The notes: generated from the letters alone by a model not told the origin. Counted from the first letter of the stretch, positions 15,257 to 23,599 are shown. The stretch is DNA of 32,000 nucleotides from Neisseria perflava (GCF_019334725.1 NZ_CP079818.1:2074637-2106636); one strand, 5' to 3'. Program-made: numbers and translations.

Positions 15257-17207
15257 TAATTACGTAAAAACATTAACCATAAATGAATTATTGAATAAAG
15301 ACAGATATATTATTCCTATTTATCAACGTAATTACGCATGGGGAGATGATGAAATCAGCCTTCTTATCCAAGACCTATGGAATGCATATGAGAAAAATGA
15401 GAAAAATAAGAATAATTATTATATTGGCAGCTTAGTCATTTATAAAAGAGGAAATGGAGATTTAGAAGTCATAGACGGACAACAACGATTGACCACACTG
15501 ACTTTAATCATGCACTACTTAAAATCAATGCACTACTTAAAATCAGATACCTTTGTTAGAAATGTATACTTTGAGCATAGAAATGACTCCGACTATGCCT
15601 TAGGACATCTTGACTCTGACTCCATACCTGATATTTTTAAAAATGCTTTAAAATCAATAAAAAAATATTGGGAAACTGAGAGAACAGAAAAAGAAGGAAG
15701 GTGTTTGGCAGAGTTCTTACAAGAAAACGTTAAAATTATTAGAACCGAAGTACCCAAAGACACCGACCTCAATCATTACTTTGAAATTATGAATACGCGG
15801 GGAGAGCAATTAGAAAAACATGAGATTATCAAGGCTACTTTGATGAAGGTTTTAGACACAGATAGTGAGCGCTCTATTTTTGCCAAAATTTGGGATGCGT
15901 GTTCTGACATGAGCCGATATGTTGTAATGGGAATTAACCCTTCACTTAGAGAAAATATTTTTGGCAAGAATTGGGAAAATACTATCCCAACAAAATTTAA
16001 TGAAATTATTGAGAATATTGCTGATGCAGAAAAGACTCAACATTCAGATACCGGCCCCGCAAATGAAGAACAATCAATTCTTCAATTAATAATAGACGAT
16101 AAGGAGCATCCCCACCCTTCACAGGAAAAAGAAAACGGGCTGACAGATGGGCGTTTTAATTCTGTTATTGATTTCCCTAACTTCTTAATGCATATCTTGA
16201 AAATTTATCTAGAAAAATTTCCTACCGGCATTAACAAAGTTACCTTTAAAAAGATTTCTCTGGATGAAAAAGAACTTTGGCATGCTTTTGACAATGAAGA
16301 CTGGAACAAAGAAAAGATCGTAAATTTCATAGATACATTGCTATCTTGTCGGTATTTATTTGATAAATATATTATTAAATCAAACTCTTTACGCTCAGAA
16401 AATGAGCATTGGTCTTTATGGGAAATTAAAAAAGAAGAATCAAAGAATTATTCCTATAAAAATGTTTTTGGTATCGACAATGGCAATTCCACTGATACTG
16501 AAGAAACCAATGACAAAACTAAGAACGCAATAATGTTGCTTTCTATGTTTCATGTTTCTAATCCATCCCGAATATATAAAAACTGGCTATATGCTACATT
16601 GCGTTGGTTATTCGAGAATAAGAAAAGTATTACTCAAGAAACATATATTCAGTTTCTTGAAAATCTTTGCGATAAATTTTATTTTGAAAACAACTGCAAT
16701 GGAAACAGGGATTTTATGAAAATTATCTTAAATGATAATTACACCATCTCTTCAGTACATAAGACTTGGAATGATGGAGTAAACGTCCCAAATTTTGTAT
16801 TTAATCGATTGGATTATCAATTATGGAAATATCCGGAAAAAGTAGAAGACTTTTCAGACAAGAAACAATCTATCTGGAAAAATTTTAGATTTAGTTTTAG
16901 AAGCTCGGTTGAGCACCATTACCCACAAAATCCCTCTCAAGATTCTCGCCTAGATAAATTAGATACAAATGTCTTAGATAATTTTGGCAATCTTTATTTG
17001 TTATCTCAAAGTAAAAATTCCCGTTTAAGTAATTTACCTCCAAATTTGAAACGGCAGTATTACGAAAAAGAGGTTGCTTATGATAGTTTGAAACAAGCCA
17101 TTATGATGAATTATCCAAACTGGACAGAAAGTGAGATAAAAGATCATGAGGAAAAAATGCTAAAAATCTTAAACGAACCACTGACTGACTCATCGTATCA
17201 ACCATAA
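15243..17207 (+). CDS. GmrSD-like type IV restriction-type protein (N-terminal DUF262, C-terminal DUF1524 His-Me finger nuclease)
   Basis: The DUF262 signatures are IIPIYQRNYAWG and VIDGQQRLTTLTLIMHY. The C-terminal DUF1524-type motifs are SSVEHHYPQNP and LDNFGNLYLLSQSKNSRLSN. It overlaps the upstream gene by 14 nt. The gene is very AT-rich. Confidence 0.85.
   Translation: MKTNNNYVKTLTINELLNKDRYIIPIYQRNYAWGDDEISLLIQDLWNAYEKNEKNKNNYYIGSLVIYKRGNGDLEVIDGQQRLTTLTLIMHYLKSMHYLKSDTFVRNVYFEHRNDSDYALGHLDSDSIPDIFKNALKSIKKYWETERTEKEGRCLAEFLQENVKIIRTEVPKDTDLNHYFEIMNTRGEQLEKHEIIKATLMKVLDTDSERSIFAKIWDACSDMSRYVVMGINPSLRENIFGKNWENTIPTKFNEIIENIADAEKTQHSDTGPANEEQSILQLIIDDKEHPHPSQEKENGLTDGRFNSVIDFPNFLMHILKIYLEKFPTGINKVTFKKISLDEKELWHAFDNEDWNKEKIVNFIDTLLSCRYLFDKYIIKSNSLRSENEHWSLWEIKKEESKNYSYKNVFGIDNGNSTDTEETNDKTKNAIMLLSMFHVSNPSRIYKNWLYATLRWLFENKKSITQETYIQFLENLCDKFYFENNCNGNRDFMKIILNDNYTISSVHKTWNDGVNVPNFVFNRLDYQLWKYPEKVEDFSDKKQSIWKNFRFSFRSSVEHHYPQNPSQDSRLDKLDTNVLDNFGNLYLLSQSKNSRLSNLPPNLKRQYYEKEVAYDSLKQAIMMNYPNWTESEIKDHEEKMLKILNEPLTDSSYQP
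15510..15545 (+). repeat. Perfect 18-bp in-frame tandem duplication inside the GmrSD-like gene
   Basis: ATGCACTACTTAAAATCA occurs twice in tandem (15510..15527 and 15528..15545), encoding MHYLKS-MHYLKS just after the DGQQR helix. Confidence 0.95.
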
Positions 17208-17308
17208 TCGGCACTTAACACATCTCTTCGTCCGTCTATCGGATAATCATTGCATTTATTCGATATGTCATGATACTGTTCAAAAAATATGACTATTAGG
17301 AGTTTCTC

Positions 17309-19051
17309 ATGTCCGAACAACAAAAATTCTTTTCTACCCAAGACGGGACTTCGCTTTTCTACCGCTATCGCCCTGCTGCCGATGGTTCTTTCGATAAAGC
17401 CATTGTGCTGTTTCATCGCGGGCATGAGCATTCCGGCCGGATGATGTTTGTTGCCGATGAGCTGGGTTTCAACGATTTTTCCTATTTTGCTTGGGATGCG
17501 CGTGGTCATGGTTACAGCCCTGGTGAACGTGGCGATAGTCCGAGTATCGGCACTTCGGTTGCAGACGTAGATGATTTTATCCGACACATTCAAAGCGAAT
17601 ACGGCATCAAACCTGAAAACATCTGCGTGATTGCACAAAGTGTCGGAGCGGTATTGGTTTCTACTTGGTTGCACGATTACGCGCCGAAAATCCGTTGCGC
17701 CGTATTGGCTTCGCCTGCGTTCAAAGTCAAACTCTATGTTCCGTTTGCCCGTACCGGTTTGAAAATGATGCAAAAATGGCGTGGCAATTTCTTTGTCAAC
17801 AGCTATGTCAAAGCCCACTATCTGACCCACAATGTCGAACGTCAAAAAAGCTACGACAACGATCCGCTTATTGCCCGCGCTATTTCTGTGCGCATCCTGC
17901 TGGGTTTATATGAAGCGGCCGAACGCGTCGTTGCCGATGCACAAGCGATTACTACGCCTGTACAACTGTTGATTTCAGGCAGCGATTGGGTTGTTCATCA
18001 CAAACCGCAACACGATTTCTACAACCGTTTGGGCAGCCATATTAAAGAACGCCATATCCTGCCCGGTTTCTACCACGACACTTTAGGCGAGCAAAACCGT
18101 GAAATCGCGTTTATCGAAATGCGCCGTTTTATCCGCGAGCGTTTCAATCAGCCTTTGCAACAAGTCGATCTGACTCAAGCGCACTTATTTGGAGACAGCC
18201 GTCGCGAAGCTGACGAACTGGCGACGCCTTTGCCTGTTTGTACGCCTCGCGGCGCATTCTGGGCAATATATCGCGCCTCGCTCAAACTGGGTTCGCGCTG
18301 GAGTGAAGGCTTGAGAATCGGTCAAGAAACAGGTTTTGATTCGGGCAGCACATTGGATTATGTCTACCGCAATCAACCGCAAGGCAGCAATGCTTTCGGT
18401 GTATGGGTGGACAAATACTATCTTAACGCTATCGGCTGGCGCGGCATTCGCCAACGCAAAGTCAATATCGGCAAAGCCATTCAGACGGCCTCAGCCAAAC
18501 TGCGTGAAGCAGGCAAACCGGTACACGTTTTGGATATCGCATCCGGTCATGGCCGCTATGTATTGGATGCCCTGACTGCCGACACATTGCCTAATTCCGT
18601 ACGCTTGCGCGATTACAGTCCGATTAATGTCGAAGCCGGTCGCAAGCTGATTGCCGAGCGCGGCTTACAAGACACGGTTACCTTCAATGAGGTCAATGCC
18701 TATGACCGCGCCAATTATCACGATTTACAGCCGCGTCCTACCCTGGGCATCGTCTCCGGCCTGCACGAATTGTTTGCCGACAATGATTTGATTTTGAACT
18801 CGCTCTACGGCTTTGGAGAAGCCATTGAAACCGGCGGCTACCTGATCTACACCGGCCAGCCGTGGCATCCGCAACTGGAAATGATTGCCCGCGCCCTGAC
18901 CAGCCACAAAGCAGGCAACCCAAACTGGGTAATGCGCCGTCGCAGTCAGCAGGAAATGGATCAGCTGGTTGAAAAAGCCGGTTTTGAAAAAATCCATCAA
19001 TGGATAGACGAAGACGGTATTTTCACCGTGAGCTTGGCAGTGAAGAAATAA
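17309..19051 (+). CDS. Bifunctional alpha/beta hydrolase (lysophospholipase/monoglyceride lipase-like) / class I SAM-dependent methyltransferase
   Basis: AGGAG lies 6 nt upstream of the ATG. The N-terminal half has VLFHRGHEHSGR, ARGHGYSPGERG and the nucleophile elbow AQSVGA. The C-terminal half has SAM motif I, VLDIASGHGRYVLDAL. Confidence 0.8.
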   Translation: MSEQQKFFSTQDGTSLFYRYRPAADGSFDKAIVLFHRGHEHSGRMMFVADELGFNDFSYFAWDARGHGYSPGERGDSPSIGTSVADVDDFIRHIQSEYGIKPENICVIAQSVGAVLVSTWLHDYAPKIRCAVLASPAFKVKLYVPFARTGLKMMQKWRGNFFVNSYVKAHYLTHNVERQKSYDNDPLIARAISVRILLGLYEAAERVVADAQAITTPVQLLISGSDWVVHHKPQHDFYNRLGSHIKERHILPGFYHDTLGEQNREIAFIEMRRFIRERFNQPLQQVDLTQAHLFGDSRREADELATPLPVCTPRGAFWAIYRASLKLGSRWSEGLRIGQETGFDSGSTLDYVYRNQPQGSNAFGVWVDKYYLNAIGWRGIRQRKVNIGKAIQTASAKLREAGKPVHVLDIASGHGRYVLDALTADTLPNSVRLRDYSPINVEAGRKLIAERGLQDTVTFNEVNAYDRANYHDLQPRPTLGIVSGLHELFADNDLILNSLYGFGEAIETGGYLIYTGQPWHPQLEMIARALTSHKAGNPNWVMRRRSQQEMDQLVEKAGFEKIHQWIDEDGIFTVSLAVKK

Positions 19052-19059
19052 AAAAATAA

Positions 19060-19096
19060 AGGCCGTCTGAACAATTCTTTAACTTTCAGACGGCCT
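19060..19096 (+). terminator. Inverted DUS pair (terminator or attenuator) between co-directional lipid-cluster genes
   Basis: AGGCCGTCTGAA (19060..19071) and TTCAGACGGCCT (19085..19096). Confidence 0.55.
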
Positions 19097-19106
19097 TATT
19101 TAAACC

Positions 19107-20405
19107 ATGTACCTATCCATGAAACCCTCCCTAAAAACCTCCCTGCTCAAGCTGATTTTAGTTGGCGCACTGTTCTACACCAGCTACGGCCTATCCAACC
19201 ATTACGCGGCGTCGCTGGACTATGTGCCTGAAATCGCTTTTACATGGGAGAGCAATATTCCGTTTTGGGCATGGACGATTGTGCCTTATTGGTCGCTAAA
19301 CCTGATGTATACCGCGGCATTTTTTCTTTGCCGTGATACACATGAACAAAACCGATATGTAGCGCACCTTGTAGCCGCCCAACTGATTGCAACTGTTTGC
19401 TTTGTACTGTTTCCGCTGCGTTTCGGGTGGCCTAAACCGCCTGCCGATGGGCTGTCAGGCTGGCTGTTTGATTCATTGGCTGCATTTGATTTGCCGTACA
19501 ACCAAGCGCCATCTTTGCATATCGCGTTGGCGATTATCGTGGGTGCATTTTATTGGACGCGCTTTCCCAAAATCCGCCTGCCGCTTTTCTTATGGCAAAG
19601 CCTGATTGCCTTGTCGGTACTGACGACTTATCAACATCATTTTATTGACGTGCCGACCGGAGCATTGCTTGGCTGGCTGGTGTTGTGGGCTTTCCCGCGT
19701 CAGATGACTTCGCCGTTAAAACTGGGCTCGATTAATGTACACTCAAGAAAGATTGCGTTGCTGTATTTGCTTGGCGCGTATTTGATGGCTTTGCCTGCGC
19801 TGCTGGGTGGTGTGTGGCTGTGGTTGATATGGATTAGCGTGTCTTTGCTGATGGTGGCCTTTGCCTATTTGACTGGGAATGCAAACATATTCCAAAAACA
19901 GGCTAACGGTAAATTATCGGCGGCAGCGACGGTTTTACTATTGCCTTATCTGGTGGGCGTACGGCTAAACATGGCGTATTGGTTACGCGGTAAGGCGAAA
20001 ACGGCACAAGTCCGCCATGATGTATGGATTGGCAGCGTTTTGGGAATTTCAAACCATCTGCCTGCCGTATTGGATGTATGCGCCGAATATCCCTGCCGTA
20101 GCTATCAAGGAGAATATCGCTCCCTACCTTTACTGGATATGGTAACGCCGTCTGAAAACGATTTGGTTCAGACGGCCTTGATATTGGAAACCTTGCGCCA
20201 AAAACACGGCAAAGTGCTGATATGCTGCGCTTTGGGTTATGGAAGAAGTGCCGCAGTGGTGCTGACGTGGCTGCTGGTCTATGGTGGCTGCAAAGACTTG
20301 GCACAAGCGAAGGCCGAACTCAAACAGGCTCGGCCGCAAATGGTATTATCGCCGGCCACTGCCCAAGCAGTCGAAGCTGCGGCCAACCGTTTAAAACAAG
20401 GATAA
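19107..20405 (+). CDS. Fusion of a PAP2-like membrane domain (sphingomyelin-synthase-like PAP2_C motifs) and a dual-specificity phosphatase domain
   Basis: The protein is 432 aa with about 8 hydrophobic helices. The motifs PSLHIALA and YQHHFIDVPTGALLGW resemble the SGH and H-x3-D-V motifs of PAP2_C/SMS-type enzymes. The C-terminal CX5R P-loop is LICCALGYGRSAAV. An alternative start exists at 19119. Confidence 0.75.
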   Translation: MYLSMKPSLKTSLLKLILVGALFYTSYGLSNHYAASLDYVPEIAFTWESNIPFWAWTIVPYWSLNLMYTAAFFLCRDTHEQNRYVAHLVAAQLIATVCFVLFPLRFGWPKPPADGLSGWLFDSLAAFDLPYNQAPSLHIALAIIVGAFYWTRFPKIRLPLFLWQSLIALSVLTTYQHHFIDVPTGALLGWLVLWAFPRQMTSPLKLGSINVHSRKIALLYLLGAYLMALPALLGGVWLWLIWISVSLLMVAFAYLTGNANIFQKQANGKLSAAATVLLLPYLVGVRLNMAYWLRGKAKTAQVRHDVWIGSVLGISNHLPAVLDVCAEYPCRSYQGEYRSLPLLDMVTPSENDLVQTALILETLRQKHGKVLICCALGYGRSAAVVLTWLLVYGGCKDLAQAKAELKQARPQMVLSPATAQAVEAAANRLKQG

Positions 20406-20782
20406 TGATGGACAACGCAACCGATAGCCGTATTATTGCCCACCTGCTCTCTACCGCACATTATGTTGCCACCTGTAACGCCTTACTGCTCGCCTTGTCG
20501 GTAAAATATGGTGGTGCATGGTTTGCGGTGCAACTTGTCTTGGCAGCGGTTTTGCTGTACTGCCATATCCGCATTCACTTCGACCACCGCGTGTTCCAAG
20601 ACTTTGCCGACAACCGCTACTCTCCTGAAGACTTTGACTACGCCTTACAGCAAAACGGTTTGCGTCAAATTTCAGGCAGCCGTACGTTGACCCAACGGAT
20701 AAACGGTGCACTTTCCCTATGGCGCAACTGCTTATACCTGACCGCCGCCCAATTTTTAATTTTGCTTATCCAAAGCATTTGA
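20405..20782 (+). CDS. Small membrane protein, translationally coupled to the upstream phosphatase gene
   Basis: The ATG at 20405 shares its A with the upstream stop (TAATG). The product is MMDNATDSRIIAHLL... (125 aa) with two to three hydrophobic segments. The upstream part of track ORF 20222..20782 overlaps the preceding CDS and is unlikely to be coding. Confidence 0.55.
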   Translation: MMDNATDSRIIAHLLSTAHYVATCNALLLALSVKYGGAWFAVQLVLAAVLLYCHIRIHFDHRVFQDFADNRYSPEDFDYALQQNGLRQISGSRTLTQRINGALSLWRNCLYLTAAQFLILLIQSI

Positions 20783-20845
20783 TTATTTTTGCTGATTTAC
20801 CCAAACCGAATCCTTAGCGGTATCTCACTCCCAAAGGCAGAAACA

Positions 20846-21553
20846 ATGAAAAACTTCCTCAAAAAACAACTTGCCTGGCTGACCGACCAAGCCTTGTGTC
20901 TGTCGGTCTCTTTTCTTACGGGCGTACGCCCTAAAAGTCCGCGCGAGCTGACATTCAATCAGCACCAAAAGGTCTATTACGCCAATCACGGCAGTCATGG
21001 TGATTTTGTGTTGGTGTGGATTTCCCTGCCCCGCCGCTGGCGCTTGTCCACGCGTCCAGTCGCCGGTTCGGATTACTGGCTGACAAGCAAACTCAAACGC
21101 TTCATCATTCAAAACGTTTTCAACGCCTTGCTGATTCCGCGCCATAGCGATAATCCGCAAGCAATTACCGAACAGATGAAAGACGCGCTAAACGCAGGCG
21201 ACTCCTTGATTATTTTCCCTGAAGGCACGCGTAATACTGACGACAACACTATCCTGCTGCCGTTCAAGTCCGGCATTTATCATCTGGCAAAAAGCAAACC
21301 CGATACCGAATTTGTGCCGATTTGGATAGACAACATCAGCCGCGTACTGCCCAAAGGCAAAATCCTGCCTATCCCGCTTTTGTGTGAAGTATATATCGGA
21401 CAGCCGCTCACCTTGCAGGAAAACGAAGACAAAGACAGTTTTTTGACACGCAGCCGTGAAGCACTGCTGGCACTCAGGCCGTCTGAAAACGACCGCAGCG
21501 AGCCTCGCCAAAATGAATCTGAAGTTCATCAAAATAAAGGAGGACAAGCATGA
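20846..21553 (+). CDS. Lysophospholipid (1-acyl-sn-glycerol-3-phosphate) acyltransferase family protein
   Basis: The H-x4-D motif is NHGSHGDF and the FPEGTR motif is present. I prefer the ATG at 20846 (MKNFLKKQ...) over the TTG at 20789. Confidence 0.8.
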   Translation: MKNFLKKQLAWLTDQALCLSVSFLTGVRPKSPRELTFNQHQKVYYANHGSHGDFVLVWISLPRRWRLSTRPVAGSDYWLTSKLKRFIIQNVFNALLIPRHSDNPQAITEQMKDALNAGDSLIIFPEGTRNTDDNTILLPFKSGIYHLAKSKPDTEFVPIWIDNISRVLPKGKILPIPLLCEVYIGQPLTLQENEDKDSFLTRSREALLALRPSENDRSEPRQNESEVHQNKGGQA

Positions 21554-22539
21554 GCCTTTCTACGACTTCCCAAAAAATCATTGTCGAACAAGCCTCCACT
21601 CATTTGACTCCGCAAGCCAGCTATATTTTTGTCGGCGTGTTTGTCGTATTGTGTTTTGCCAGCATCATCGGACAATGGCTCAAGCGCAAAAATGGCGCAG
21701 ATAATGCCACCATCGCCAACCTCAACGCCCGCATTTACGCATGGTGGCTGATGACGCTGGTGTTGCTGGGCGCGTTTTGGTTCGGCAAAATCGGGACGGT
21801 TGTACTGTTTTTCCTGATTTCATTTGCCGCACTACGCGAATTTATGACCCTCGTCTATCGCCGCCGCAGCGACTATTACAGCATGGTTGTCTGCTTTTAC
21901 CTGCTGCTGCCGGTGCAATACTATTTCGTCTATGACGGCTGGTATGGCATGTTCAGCATTTTTATTCCGGTTTACGGCTTTTTGATACTGCCGATTATTG
22001 CCAGCCTCAGCGGCCAAACCGCGCATTTTTTGGAACGCGCCGCCAAAACGCAATGGATGGCGATGATTTGCATATTCTGTCTGTCCCATGTTCCGGCGCT
22101 GATGTTTCTGGACTTGGACGGCTTCGATAATAGCAACAATATCCTATTGCTGATCTTCCTGATTGGCGTAGTGCAAGTATCGGATGTGTTGCAATACGTT
22201 TGGGGCAAACTGATTGGCGGTGCAAAAATCATGCCTTCGCTTTCGCCGTCAAAAACTATTTCCGGCACTGTCGGAGGTATTTTGTCGGCCACAGCCATTG
22301 CCGCGCTAATGGCGCCGATTACGCCGTTCTCCCACGGCCAAGCGGCCGTTATTGGCTTTATCGTCTGCCTGATGGGCTTTTTTGGCGGCCTAGTTATGTC
22401 TGCCATCAAACGCGATTACGGTGTCAAAGACTGGGGCAATATGATACGCGGCCACGGCGGTATGCTTGACCGCGTGGATTCGATTTGTTTTGCCGCACCC
22501 GTGTTTTTCCACATCACCCGTTATTTCTGGAACGGCTAA
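21550..22539 (+). CDS. Phosphatidate cytidylyltransferase (CdsA family) paralogue
   Basis: The start overlaps the upstream stop (ATGA). The motif SPSKTISGTVGG and the C-terminal signature KRDYGVKDWGNMIRGHGGMLDRVDS are present. At 329 aa it is longer than my recollection of the housekeeping CdsA (~265-285 aa). Confidence 0.85.
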   Translation: MSLSTTSQKIIVEQASTHLTPQASYIFVGVFVVLCFASIIGQWLKRKNGADNATIANLNARIYAWWLMTLVLLGAFWFGKIGTVVLFFLISFAALREFMTLVYRRRSDYYSMVVCFYLLLPVQYYFVYDGWYGMFSIFIPVYGFLILPIIASLSGQTAHFLERAAKTQWMAMICIFCLSHVPALMFLDLDGFDNSNNILLLIFLIGVVQVSDVLQYVWGKLIGGAKIMPSLSPSKTISGTVGGILSATAIAALMAPITPFSHGQAAVIGFIVCLMGFFGGLVMSAIKRDYGVKDWGNMIRGHGGMLDRVDSICFAAPVFFHITRYFWNG

Positions 22540-22544
22540 ACTTC

Positions 22545-22575
22545 AGGCCGTCTGAAAGCTGTTTTCAGACGGCCT
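22545..22575 (+). terminator. Inverted DUS pair terminator after the CdsA-like gene
   Basis: AGGCCGTCTGAA (22545..22556) and TTCAGACGGCCT (22564..22575), followed by TTT. Confidence 0.7.
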
Positions 22576-22646
22576 TTAATGCATGAAACTGCCAGCCCTG
22601 CCGATTCGTTATACAATACGCGACATTGTTATTACATACACACAAC

Positions 22647-23267
22647 ATGAATAAACCCTCTCCAATCTTTCCCATTTTTCTTGCTACGATTATCTTTGCC
22701 CTCATTGTTTGGTCAGGCATCAATCCCCATGACCGCGCGGTTTGGTACGCCGAAATCATCCCTGTAGCATCCGTATTCTTCCTGCTGGTTGCCACCTACC
22801 GCATTTTCCGCTTCAGCAACCTGGCCTACTTATTCATGAGTTTCTGGCTCATCATGCATTCCATCGGTGCATACTACACTTTTGCCGATGTGCCATTTGA
22901 ATCCATCAACCGCTTTGTCGAGCCAATTTTGGGCGAAAACCGCAATCATTACGACCGTATTGCTCATTACATCATCGGCTTTTATGCCTACCCGATGGCC
23001 GAGTGGCTGCTGCGCCGCAAGCTGTGCAATCTGCCGTTGGCCTTATTTTTCTCCCTGTTCTTCATTATGAGCGTAGCTGCCGCCTATGAAATCATCGAAT
23101 GGCAATATGCCGTTATCGACGGTGGAGAAGCCGGACTGGAATTTTTGGGTTCTCAAGGCGATATTTGGGACGCGCAAAAAGACATGCTTGCCGATACTTT
23201 GGGCGCGTTAACCTCGCTGTTTATTTTTGTGTTTACCCGTCCCGATAAACGTTTGGGTTCCTCTTAA
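22647..23267 (+). CDS. DUF2238 (YjdF-like) inner membrane protein
   Basis: I prefer the ATG at 22647 (MNKPSPIFPIFLATIIF...). The protein is polytopic. The motifs INPHDRAVWYAEIIPV and YDRIAHYIIGFYAYPMAEW match my memory of the DUF2238 family. Confidence 0.65.
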   Translation: MNKPSPIFPIFLATIIFALIVWSGINPHDRAVWYAEIIPVASVFFLLVATYRIFRFSNLAYLFMSFWLIMHSIGAYYTFADVPFESINRFVEPILGENRNHYDRIAHYIIGFYAYPMAEWLLRRKLCNLPLALFFSLFFIMSVAAAYEIIEWQYAVIDGGEAGLEFLGSQGDIWDAQKDMLADTLGALTSLFIFVFTRPDKRLGSS

Positions 23268-23287
23268 ATATATCTCTTTAAAATAAA

Positions 23288-23318
23288 AGGCCGTCTGAAA
23301 CAGATTTTCAGACGGCTT
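23288..23318 (+). terminator. Inverted DUS pair terminator after the DUF2238 gene
   Basis: AGGCCGTCTGAA (23288..23299) and TTCAGACGGCT (from 23307), followed by TTTTTT. Confidence 0.65.
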
Positions 23319-23493
23319 TTTTTCATTTTTCTATCGGTATTATTGTAAAAATTAATAAATGCGATAGTTAAAAACATAAGCTGATTTTGAAACAAAATCC
23401 GTCATCAAAATTTTAAGCACATGAAATATATAAAAAACAACATCTGTTAAGGTTTTGTAAACAATATGCCTACGTCAACCTGAATTTTTCGAT

Positions 23494-23535
23494 TTGATTT
23501 AAGTCAGCATATCTTGTGTCATTAATCCATAAAAT
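23494..23535 (+). promoter_or_regulatory. Candidate class II FNR-dependent promoter of ubiUVT
   Basis: TTGAT-TTAA-GTCAG (23494..23507) matches the TTGAT-N4-ATCAA consensus at 8 of 10 positions. TAAAAT at 23530..23535 falls exactly at -12..-7 if the box is centred at -41.5. The predicted leader is about 58 nt. Confidence 0.4.
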
Positions 23536-23599
23536 ATTCGGAATTCTACAAAATATTGATTAACCCGATAGAGGTTATCATCAAGACGAGGAACACAAA

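Noticed and set aside
13885-17217. Possible target-site duplication or terminal repeats bounding the low-GC islet
   Set aside because: I found only a 7-nt inverted match (GCCGATT near 13888, AATCGGC near 17208). That is expected by chance. No direct repeats, integrase or transposase are present.
17198-17845. 215-aa minus-strand ORF
   Set aside because: It is antisense to the well-supported alpha/beta hydrolase domain (HRGHEHSGR, AQSVG motifs) and has no motif of its own.
20222-20404. N-terminal 61 codons of track ORF 20222..20782
   Set aside because: This part overlaps the 3' end of the phosphatase gene in another frame. The internal ATG at 20405 forms a TAATG coupling junction, and the hydrophobic protein begins there.
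23556-23585. Imperfect palindrome TGATTAACC-N8-GGTTATCA just upstream of the ubiU ribosome-binding site, as a second operator
   Set aside because: The arms are unequal, with one indel. It does not match FNR spacing and would lie inside the predicted leader. The evidence is too weak to call.
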